A stretch of 64,000 nt of DNA, taken from the NCBI GenBank assembly GCA_002269645.1, contig NIVC01000262.1, positions 186,001 through 250,000 of the forward strand, read 5' to 3'. The translations under genes and the position numbers were made by a program. Source of the stretch: Macrostomum lignano (lineage: Eukaryota). Every line of letters begins with the position of its first letter. Within the stretch, counting starts at the first letter, position 1. Under the pieces are notes generated by a model. The model was not told where the DNA came from. It ran no database searches and saw nothing but the letters and a program-made list of their open reading frames with translations. Of the stretch, positions 1-11,193 are shown piece after piece.

Positions 1-1066
1 ATCCTGTGGAACCATGCATCGAAGCAACCCCTAAGGTCAGCTTTTGTGAAGCGCTGCAACTCAGTCTGCATGGCCTCCACGAGCTCCTCAACGGACCCAA
101 ACCGCCTGCCCTTGAGATTCTGCTTCATCCTGGGGAAGAGTCGCAAGGTGCCAAGTCAGGCGAATAGGCCGGATGAGGCAGCAGAGTGAGCTGGGTAGAA
201 CTTAGGAACTCCTGAGTCCTCTTCGCCTTGTGCGCCGGGGCGTTATCGTGATGCAGGAAGATGCCCTTGTCGCCGGTCCTGGGCCGCTCCTGCGCCAGAT
301 GCCGTAGCACCAGCGGCAAGCAGACAGTGCTGTACCACTATGCAGTGGCTGTGGCTCCCTGCTGCAGAAGAACTGGCGGCAGAATGCCACAGCGACGAAA
401 GAAGATGGCCGCCATCACCTTGCCAATGCTGCGCTCGCGACGGAATTTGACTGGCGCATCCTCCTCATGAGTGACCCACTGCCGGCTTTGCTCCTTGGTT
501 TCCGGGTCGTAGAAATACACCCAGGTTTCATCACCTGTGAGGATGCAGTCCACTGATTTTGAGCGGCCTGCATCAAACTTGGCGAGCATGAGCTGCGCGA
601 ATTCAACTCGGGCCCGCATGTGATCTGGGCTGAGCTGATGCGGCACCCATCGAGCGGACAGCTTGCGCATGCCAAGATGGTCGTGCAGAATCTTAAGGAT
701 GGTTGAATCTGACACACCAACTAACTGCTCTAACCAGCGAGTGGTCACTCGTCGATCCTCGTTCACGCAGCGCCGCACAGCATCAATGACAGTGTCGGAA
801 ACAGCCGAGCTTGGGCGTCCCTCGCGAGGATCGTCGTCCAGACTGGCCGAACCGCATCGGAAGCGCGCAAACCACTCGTACACCATTGTCTGGGATGGCG
901 CTTGATCCTGAAGGGCCGTGCGAAGTGTTTGGTAGCACTCGGAGGCTGAGCAGCCAAGTCGGAACTGCACCAAGATTGCCACTTGTTTGTCGCTATCAGT
1001 CAGCTCTGGCAAGGCTGCTGGGTTTTCTGCAGAACTTAGGCCACTGCGGCGCATCATGATTAGCAT
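1..1066 (-). pseudogene. Mariner transposase pseudogene
   Basis: N-terminal HTH (VYEWFARFRCG..DDPREGRP), WVPHQL, TGDETW, HHDNAPAH and YSPDLAPCD motifs. In-frame TAG at 340-338, then a small deletion/frameshift just after APCD (~140); LFPRMKQNLKGRRF resumes in another frame. Confidence 0.92.
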
Positions 1067-1184
1067 TTAGGCTGAAAATTTAGCTGATAAGTTTCATTAT
1101 CTGCCTCTACAAGCGTGTGAATTTTCATGGGCGTACGAGCTTTAAAAAGTAGTTTTTCCGGGAACTTAATAAGCAGCCCTCGTA
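1..1184 (-). mobile_element. Tc1/mariner (mariner-type, DD34D) DNA transposon, decayed; runs off the left window edge
   Basis: Terminus reads TA-CGAGGGCTGCTTATTAAGTTCCCGG on the minus strand (TA at 1183-1184), a typical mariner end, upstream of a mariner transposase. Confidence 0.9.
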
Positions 1185-1680
1185 CGGTGTAAAAAAAATT
1201 GTTCTGCAAACGATTAATTGTTTTTTTTAATCTGAAAGGTAGCGTAATTAGGCTATTATTAAGCAAATTTTGTCATGAATTTACGTAAGTGCACTCAATC
1301 ATCGCACAGAAAATTTTTGGTTGTAGTATATTTCTAATGTGTGCTGTGTGGAAGTATTTTTTCAGTCGTCATTTTTAAACAGCATAAGCCTATTAGCCTT
1401 TAAGCTTTAGTAGTCTATTATGCTATGGCACAGTATGACAGTATTGCTCATGACTTTTCGCTGTATCCTTTTTAGTTAAAGGTGGCGGCGCCGGAAAGCT
1501 CACGTACCAAAAGTATGCGAAGCATTGGATTAACTGGCCAGCTGGCATACCGACCGACCGACCCCCTAAGAAGCTAAGTGCCGAACAGCTCCAAGCCATT
1601 TGGGTGTATAAAAAATATACAGTTCTCAATAAATCCAATTGAACAATCCAATGACAATCACGGCCCCAGCGGCAGTGGCT

Positions 1681-1848
1681 TTGTCCAGCCAGTCCGCGTT
1701 GGCAGCGGCAGCAATGGCGGTGGCGTTGTCCAGCCAGTCCGCGTTGGCAGCGGCAGCAATGGCGGTGGCGTTGTCCAGCCAGTCCGCGTTGGCAGCGGCA
1801 GCAATGGCGGTGGCGTTGTCCAGCCAGTCGGCGTGGGCAGCAGCGGCC
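1681..1848. repeat. 45-bp tandem repeat, ~3.7 copies
   Basis: Unit TTGTCCAGCCAGTCCGCGTTGGCAGCGGCAGCAATGGCGGTGGCG starts at 1681, 1726, 1771 and 1816. Confidence 0.95.
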
Positions 1849-4800
1849 AACTTATTCGTGTTAGTCGTGGGGGTAGCAGCGGCGGTCTGATCGTGCGTAT
1901 TGGCTGCAGTGACAGCAAGTTAAAAGTTTGTTTGCGGTCAGTCATTTCATGTTAAAAATGGTTGTGGGGCTAATTCACAGAGCTAGGTACGAAGAAGACG
2001 CCAATGCGCCTTTTATTGGGTCTTTTGTAAACCAATCAATTAACAACGTTTTTATGTTCCATCTTTTTGTTCTATCTGTTTTAAGGTGTGCAAACTGCAT
2101 TTACATAGCCGCATTTGTAAATCAGTTCACAAAATATTGTCATCATTTGAAATATACGCCCTACACAGACTACACTGTAGTGGATTCGTTACACACTAGT
2201 ACTTCCGGAATTGCATAGATACCCAGCTTTGAGTCAGATGACTATGGAGGCGCAATGTTTTTGCCCTAAGCCGCCCTTTGATAAAAATTATGGTCTTACA
2301 GCTGAAATGGTCCGTTTTGCTCTTTTATTTTAGCGCTGACTGTCACTGTGCTGACTATGGGGTAGGGGCTGTGATAGCTATATTATATGTTATAGACATC
2401 GGGAGCATCATGCTGTCGTATAGTTCTAATTGAACTATAAACGTATTGAACTATGTCGCAAAGCAGTCCTAATTAAGTTTGCCTGGCTTTACACTTCATG
2501 CCCGTGTACATGTACACGTCTGTACATACATTTAAAGCGTCGGAAATCTATGAATGTTTAATTTTCATCAGCCATTCATTTCTGGCTGATTTATTATGTC
2601 AGCTTGTTGGTAATTAGAAAGGGTTGTCTACTGTAAACGCAAGTTAATGGCTGCGCGGAGATGTCAGCCCTTCCTCTCAGCCGTCAGCTCTCTTAGCTTT
2701 CCGTTGTCTGACTCTCCCAGTAAAATGTATAAAACTGCTACTATGGAGCCTGGCTAGCCGAATTACTGTGTCGAATGCATACGAATTACTCCCCAAGTCT
2801 GGATACTTAATTTTGCATCTGATGTACACGTAACATGACACTGGACGTCATTTATGCCTGAGCTGCTGGATTCGAAGACGAAATACTTTTCTTCTCGCTT
2901 AACCCCATGTTGAGATACTTGTATGGCGGTGCATGTACATGTAGCTGAAGAGGTGACTAGCGAGTAATGTGGCCTGAGCTGCAGTGGCACTGGAGGTGCA
3001 GTGCTGCAAGGGGTTACATGTAGATGTAGTTAGCCTAATGAGACCCAAATTCGCGCCAATAACTGAGCCTTACAATACACACTGCTGGATAGAAGCCACT
3101 TCGTAATACCGGCAGCGGCATATTAAGTCTTCGCACACTGAATGTGTGCGGGATGTAGGAGTTAGAATTCCTACATACGAGTACATGTAGTTTTGTCATT
3201 GATCGAAATGTCACTTCACGTTAATGTCCTCTGATTAATGACCGGTCATTAACTTTAAGACAAACGGCAATTTTAGTTTAAAAAGGAAACCGTACAAACG
3301 AAGCAACTATTTATTTTAAATTAATTATGGTAAAGTTCTATCAAGTCATATTAATTGCTTCACATCACTATAGCTGTCAATCGCTCAAGTTATGCATCCG
3401 AGGGTGGCTCTTGAATGAATCACAAAAAAAGCTGCGAACGCTTCGTCATGGCGTTCGCTCGCAGAAGCAGCATTAACGAATTCCAACTCCGAACTCGTTA
3501 TGTTGCCAAGTTCGTCGCAGGGCAAACTGCCCCAATTTATTAAGTTATAACGGACGTAGCTACAGAGGAGCAATTGGTTAAAATTCTGTCCAAAGTCGAT
3601 CAGTCGACAGTCTGTCTTCTTTCTGTCTTATTCAAATTCTTTCCTCAAATTTCCGCCATAGACAACTGCTTCACCAATGTTATCTGCGGTACTGGCCATT
3701 GTAATTATACTTTTACCCAGACGCAATGAAAAAATATTTTGGCCATTATTCCACAGTTTTGATGTGTACCATAGACATTTGGATTGAAAAAATCCATCGC
3801 TCAGTATTTTTGTTAGTAAATACAGAACAAGAAGTAAATGAACAAAAAGGAAAAATCATTAAAACTAAAGTACCAACTACACGAAAGAGTTCATAATAAA
3901 TGTCACAGCTAGTGCAGTTTATCAGTTTGTAGTCGAAATTTGACTATGTAAAAATCAATTTGTTACCCAAAGTGAAACATGCAGTACTCAAAGCCGCAGT
4001 TTCCAAAGATGCTCGACACTTTAGCCTGATAATTTGGCACTGCAAAAGGAGTTGGTCTATGTTGAATTTTTCAAAAATACAGGTGCTCAAGTATAGTTCC
4101 CGAACTTACCATTTGAAAGATGCACGTCTTGGTTAAGTTGGCTTGCGACTCATGAGCTTCGTCTGATGAGCTTCTTTGGTACCGCAGTATCCAAGCTGGG
4201 ATTCTTTGGGACTGTCGGCTGCTCGACTGAATCGATTGGTCATTTGAGGCATCGCTTAAAGCCGTCGAGGCGTTAAAGACTGCATGGTCGCGTTTTCTTC
4301 CTAGGTAGCGCCGCACGGTTCGCTCAGTCGTCAGCAGGAAGTTTTTTCCAATTAATAAGCGCTGCTGTTTGACGAGATGCACCAGCCATTAGTTGTTTGA
4401 CAAGATAAATAGCTTTTTCTCGCATTACTCGCTTTCCTGATTTCTTGCAAGACGCAAGCGAAATCAGCACTCATCACAGTGTTGTCTATGGTCAAACTAA
4501 GCCACACAGCTCAGTCGTCTATGGGTAAAACAGCTCTTAAAACAGCCAATTGAAGCATGATAAAAAGTGTGGAATAATGACAGCGACAAAAGTGTGGAAT
4601 AATGGCCGCAAAAGTGTGGAATAATGACTGAGCGCTGAGTGAAAGTATAAATACAATGCACTTGTATAGTATGCAACTTCGTTGAATAATGGCCATAGAC
4701 ACTCGTGCGCGCACTCGAGTTCTGGCAATTATTCAACTCAGTTGCATAATATACAATCTACCATTGACATGAAATGTACGCATCGATATTTTCCTTTCCG

Positions 4801-7258
4801 CCTTTCCGGCTTCAATGTCGCGCTGAATATCGCGCTGCTAGCTGCTAAAGTCGCTGAGTGGAGAGCGGACTGCGGACTAGAGAGGAGCTCGGCAACGGCT
4901 CTGCTTCTCGAGTGCGAAGTTGCGAGACGGCAAGATGTGGCTAAAGGCCTCAGAGTATTTGATTAACTGAGGGTACTGAGAGGAGGTAAAAATGGAATGA
5001 ATGAGAACTTTGCGAGCGAGCGCTATTGAAGCAATTAACAAGGTTTCTTATGGGCTGGTAATTAAGAAGGGGTGTTTGCGCCACTAGTGACGATTGTATC
5101 CGGGGTGCTCAGGGAGAGACTAAACAGTACGCGCTCTGGCATGGGTCTCTTGGTGAAAATAGCAACTTGACGCAGCCAGTGCGCGCGGGGAGAGAATGGG
5201 GAGGAGCAAGGCGGACAGTTATGCAACTGCAAAGGTGTCGTTTGTACACTCTAGACAGACGCACGCAATTCCAGAGTAACGCCAAGCACGTTGCTAGCAG
5301 GCGCTCTCTAATTTAATTTAGTCTAATGCCTTGGATCCTATTCTAATGCGCCAGAGGCGGCTGCTCACAGATCCTTATTACTCGTATGAGTTGGACTGAG
5401 CAAAAGATGTGACTGCGGCTGCATCAGTAGGAAGCAGTGCAACTAGAAGACAAAAGTTTGTTTGCTGTCAAAGCCAAACCGCCAAACAATTAAAATGAAG
5501 CCCTAAAAATAGTGCACCGATCCGTTTCAGCGACTAAGAAACCATTCAACCCATAGAGCCAGAAGATTTATCATTACAGGGCCCGCTCAGCAACGAGGCT
5601 TGTGAAGTGCGTGATGCACAGAGGCCATCAGGAACTTTGGCGCGCCCCAAACTTGATGACACCGGCAGAAAAAATTGCCGCAGGCAAACGATCGCCACAG
5701 CCTGCTGAAGTCAACCCCGATCAACGTACATTTACCTGTAGCCACTGAAGTTTGACATTTGAATCAGACATAGCGAGATGACAGGGACTGGCAGGAAAGT
5801 CACTACAAAAAATCTATCAAAGTAATATATAATGCTTGCTTTTGACGGTATACAGTTGAGTCAGTCAAAAAGCATGCACTAACTCAAGTAAATGCATTAT
5901 TTTCTTACCGCCTGGAAAGTCCCATTGTCTACTTCGTATACGAGCGTATGACTATTAATCACTTAGATTTGGGAGCAATGTAACAGTAAAGAACGGCTAC
6001 AAGTGCACCATTGTTTTGACCGAGGGCACTTTTAAGATTGGTGAACCATTGACCATTAATTGTCATTACTCCCTTTTAGCGTATTATATAACCCCACCCC
6101 CAAATAAAGGCGGGCGCCATCACTGCGAGACATTAGTCAGAAGAAACACTGCCAGCACATGTTAAAGCGAGCCTCGACCGACAGGCGACAAGCCAACATT
6201 TAAATGTAGCCTGGTGATGGAAGTTGGTCACAGTGAATACCGATACTGCTCGACGTATATTGATCTGATCACTGAGTATCGCGTCATTGTTTGCACGAAA
6301 ACAAAATATTCGGATTAATCTGTGAGAAACTGACGCTGAAATTTCAGCTATTTCCTTGGTTACTTGTTCTAGTGTGGTATTTCGCAATTCAGTTTTTAAC
6401 CCTAAGGGACAGATATGCTAGTATAGTGGTGGCACCTTTAATTTCTTGCCACATTTTGAAGAGAAACCAAATGATGCAAGTCACTTAATAGGTTCATCGG
6501 CTAAAACGTTATGATGCAGATATGCACCCGCCACGCCGGATTTCCGATCCACGGCGAGCCATTACACAATACACTTATACGAGTATAGACCCATTCCGCT
6601 TAAAATACTCGTATTGCATGCAATTTATAATTTGGATGCTAAACGATTTAATAAAAGTAAACAATAGACCAGATTTTTACGACATGCTTTTAAAAATTCG
6701 CTATCGATACGATAATAGTCAGCTGCTACACTCGAAAACATAAAGCTATTTATATTTCATGTCAATAAGCAAAAATTGTCATTTACGTGAGTTGGATTTA
6801 AAAACAGATTGGAAATAAAACTATGCGTCGAAGGATTAGGTATTAAAAAAATTGGGATAAAACTGAAACAAGAAAGCAAAAGTAAAAGCCAAGCATCCAC
6901 GTACCGGTTAATAAAATTGTAGACGGTATTGCATAATGGGCCGTATGAATAAAAAAGAATTTCTTTTCTCGCAAGAATTGCGAGATTTTCCTGGTTTCGC
7001 AGGAATAAAATTATGAGATTTTCTTTAACGAAATTCTAAACAAGAAAATACATTCTAGAAATTCTTTCTTGCAGAGAAAGTTTTTCTTTCGTAAGATTTT
7101 CTATTGAGATTTTTTTCGTTTTGTTATTCATGGGACCAAACATCGATGGCATATCATTAGCACCATAGAATAATAAAATGCACAATGAACATGCACAAAA
7201 TGCTCAATCAATTTGACTTGTTTACGAGCATACGAGCGTATAATTACTCATTCGAAAA

Positions 7259-10200
7259 TTACTCATCCTCGTCCTCATCAGACTGCGGAGTAGCATCTTC
7301 TTGTGAATGGATTGCTGACGAAAAGTAAATTAACGAAAACACTTTTAATGTCATTCTTTCATCATTTTACTTTTGATTACAAAAAATGTTTTACAAGTCA
7401 CATTATAAAAGTTTTGCCCATGTACAGTATACCAATTATTAACATAACGTAAGTTAAATATACTAATTACTGCTATCAACTCTTACCGATGGGAATCTCG
7501 ACACTAGGCGTGAGAAGGCAAGTTAGAACGTCCCCTTCAGATGGAAAGAGAGACACGTGTTGTCGAATCAACCGCTCGATCCCAGCTGCTCTGAGCATTC
7601 GCAGCGCTGATACAGCACCTACGGAATGAGCAATTTCCGCACGAGTCCGCAGCAGTGCGTCGGCAAAAAAAATTGAAGCACGTCGAACTTCGTGGCGAAC
7701 CAAATTGGATTCTTCGCAGATGCGCGCATGAAGCTGCAGCAGCTTTATGCCTTGGCGCTGATGAGACCGATCCGAACAAAAATCTTCATTGGAAGACCAA
7801 ATAGTCTCGAAGCTGATCATGGCAGACGGAGCACATTTCTCATTGTGCTTTTTAATCAGCGCTTCGCTTTCGGCAGTCAGCTTGCTCAGACTTCGGTTCA
7901 AAAGTCGGTTGAGCTTTTGACCAGGTTGCACCGCAGCTTGGCGCAGAAGAAAATTGCGTTCACATGCTAGCTGCTGTAGCTTTGTAAGTGTTTTTGCTCT
8001 AGTGCCGAAGTCTTCAGGATTTTGCTGTTGTACTGACTGCCGTTCAGCCTCTAGCTGCCAACCCTGACAGATCGACAGGAAAGTTTCAGTGTCACCTGCT
8101 AATTGATATTATAAAAGTATAAACTGCTTAGTTACGGAACGATTAGAAACCAAAGAAGTTTGACATAAGTGTACGACATAAAATAAAACGATTTTGAGTT
8201 TGAGTCACAACAAAATTTGACTTCTCACAGTTGATTGCGCTGGTTTTGCAGAAATAGCTAACTTCAGAGTGAAAGCGGGCAAGGCTTTGCTCCTTGACTT
8301 TGGATCGCTTTTGCAACCAATGACCTAAAGAGCATGATAAAATTGACCCATAAATGTCGATAAGGGCTCGATTTCCTTTACTTTAGTAATCAATACAAAT
8401 AAGTTTAAGCTGTTAAAATCACTGACTGATGTTGTTAATGATGTTAAAGTTAACTGAATCGGCCCAGTAGTTGAGAAATTCTCGCCGATTGGTGTGCGTC
8501 ATTTCCTTCAGCTGTGGGCCGAAGCGTCGAGATACAGACCAAAGGCGCTCGCAACTCTCACCGTCTGTAAGCCCTGCGCCGGCTTTGTAGCGTATACCAA
8601 ACTTTGTTTGGCAGGCCTCTTTATGACCATAAGCGTGAAAAGCAGGTATGGCAAAGTCGACCCTGGGGTCACTAAAATGACCGGCCAATTTGCAGCTTAT
8701 ATCGTACGACACGAATAATTTCTGGTCAGGCGGAGCGTCTTTTAAAGCCTGGGTAACTATAGCTTTCGAGTAGGCAAGCCTGAAATAGAAAAATATGGTG
8801 CTTATTTACGAAGTATAACACTGTAAGAGGCCGCAAGCCTGAAAATTTACTAAAAGCTAATTCAAAATGGCTTAAACCCTATAGCCCCACTTATAGCAAC
8901 GAAAAATAAAAAATAGTTTAAGGGATGGGTTTTTAATTATACTGAGGCATCAAATATGTTTAAATTTGCAGATGTACTCTGAATTTATATACCTATTCAG
9001 AGACAATGATGCATGCGCCCTATAACAATTTCAACTTTGGTAACTTTCTAGCATGAATATTTTAAACATACCATCAGTGAATTACCGCTGCTTAAGATTT
9101 TTGTCAAAAAATTACCCAGGCTACACAAATTATTAGGCTAGTAACTGTATTCAAATGTGTAGAAAAATATTATTATTAACACGTTTTAAAAATACCTTTC
9201 ACCAGGAGTGACAATATCTGCGAGGTAGACAATGGAAGAGTGCCGACAAGAGGCAGAAAAAAGGCCAAAAAACATCCAATTTTCGTTGGTCAGATTTCGA
9301 CGTGAGGGCCTGGCCGCGACCTCCCGCAGAAAAGTTCGGACAATGGTTCTGGCTTGGCTCGTTCGGAGCTCCAAGGTCAACATCGACAAAGTACCCGGAT
9401 GCGGTCGGAAGCTCATCTTTTCCAGCCAGTTTACGGTGTTTAAAGCCGAAGCAGCCGTCAAGCATTAAAAAAATTGGCGCGTTGTGGAGTCTTTCACGAC
9501 CGGCTAGGCTGGTTGGAGCCGACTCCTGGTCATAAAATTTTAACATTAGCGAAGTCAAAATAATAGAGCCAAGTCGACATTCATAATTATATGCTTTAGC
9601 TTACATTGCAGCTAAAGCAGGAGGGACACGACGATTTCTGGCCCCATCTAACATCCTGTAATAGCCGGCGAAACGCCCGAAAGCTGCCTGCAGTGTTCAG
9701 CGCGCGGAATAGATCGATCTAAAGCGTAGAACGTATTTTTTTGTTTATTCCGTTTTACGTAGCATACTTTAAATCTATCATAATTCAACTCTAAAATCTT
9801 ATCAAACTTATTTAATTAATTCAATACGTATTAAAATGCATATAGTCTGTAAAACAGAAAAAATTGTAACTGGAATACAAATTAATAATCATTTACTCGT
9901 TTTGGAGAGAAGAGCCACATCGAATCTTTACTGTGCCTCCAAGCATTACACAGGGACGAAAGCGAAGTAGTGCAACGAGAAGAAATACAATCGAGCGCAA
10001 GAAGCAGCCCAAAGTGGACCGCTACCACTTCGCTAACGTTCTCAAAAATTGGTTGCGTCGGCCAGAAACCGTGACAAAGGAGTGTATCGTATACACTAGA
10101 GCAATCACAACTGTCCACTGACAAAGGGACCTCGTTGCCTGAAATTGCGTGTGAGCAAATTATACTTTTATCTAATTTTAACTACGCTATTTACTGACTT

Positions 10201-10806
10201 AAAGAGAAACTTGGCACATAGAAATTAGAAGCACTCTGAAAGACTTACCTTCTTCATCTAGGGCAGTAACTGGACAAGAAACGCTAAGACATTCACAAAC
10301 TTTGCGTCGGGCCAGATGCACTGTCGTCACTAGGGTCTCGAAGTAACAACCCTTAAATAAAGAACAAGTTATTCTTCTTAACAAGCCAAAGCGTAAACTT
10401 TAAACAGCCAATTTACAATATCAATATTGCTATTAAATAATTTGCTACTCTATTTAGCCAAAACTCACATTCCATTTTTTAACTAGATGAGGAGGGTTGT
10501 GAGCATGTGCTTTGGCTAAGCACAGCTCACACGCCTGAAGACAGTGACATTTTTCGCAGCGGAATATGGTACCCGTGATCTTTTTGGCACAAACGCAACA
10601 AGGTTGGGTCATGCTCGCGGACCAGTATGTGGCAAAGCCATCCTCTAGCTTATTCTTTAGGCTAATCCACGCAGCCTCCTCTCGTTCTCGTCGGACATCA
10701 TATCGGCTGGGTCCAGGTGGAGAAAATTCGCTGTCTGCAGCAAGAGGAACGTCTGGATCGGTATCAATGACCATTGGTAATTCCGATTCCGCGTCGTCGG
10801 CATTGA
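7259..10806 (-). pseudogene. KDZ (Kyakuja-Dileera-Zisupton) transposase with N-terminal CxC2/CxC3-like cysteine cluster; 9 exons, 5'-truncated, one 1-nt frameshift
   Basis: Phase-compatible GT-AG exons at ~10806-10469, 10351-10249, 10138-9897, 9718-9605, 9525-9196, 8779-8427, 8324-8229, 8098-7487 and 7314-7259 (TAA). Motifs: CCVC..RCEKC..CELC..H..PPH..KWNGCYF, CDC..LLCHGFWP, CPSC, MLDGCF, SCRH..D..GE, YDISC, AFHAYGH..CQ, GLTDGESCERLWS, RICEE..L..E. One extra T in a homopolymer at ~9267-9272. Confidence 0.88.
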
Positions 10807-10824
10807 CAGATATATATATATAAA

Positions 10825-11193
10825 TTGACAGATATCCATATCAGTTTCTACAGTCTGTTTATTACGACAACATGCGCAATTGTGTGGATCTATATAATTC
10901 TGCGAATAATAAAATTCTTATATGTGCAAAGGACAGGAAGAATTGCACTATCAAAGAAACAAGAAGCGGCTATACAGCAGCACACAGATGTGGTTCCAAA
11001 CTTGCCAACATAAAATTATGTTACTGTTAATCTGACTGGAGTTCAAGCACCACAAGCAGAGACAACCATTCCGATACCCCCTAGTGAGAAACAAATAAGG
11101 AAACAGCATTCGATATTCACCTTGGGGAGTGTTATGAAATCCATAATAACGTTACCGGTTGTGACACCATAAGGACGAAGAGGGGTACATACC
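10825..11193 (+). pseudogene. env: Env C-terminal transmembrane remnant plus linker, in frame with the protease
   Basis: FYSLFITTTCAIVWIYIILRIIKFLYV resembles FLFSSACIVWIYLALLILVKVV of the 30220-44158 element. Same frame as pol at 11194, with two TAA stops in between. Confidence 0.6.

Noticed and set aside
1626-1850. Ala-rich repeat as an antifreeze protein
   Set aside because: The period is 15 aa with Trp and Asp, not the 11-aa Thr periodicity of type I AFPs; the repeat is open in several frames simply because it lacks stops.
6938-7137. Small MITE with GGCCGTATGAATA / TATTCATGGGACC ends
   Set aside because: Only 10 of 13 bases match and no TSD was found.
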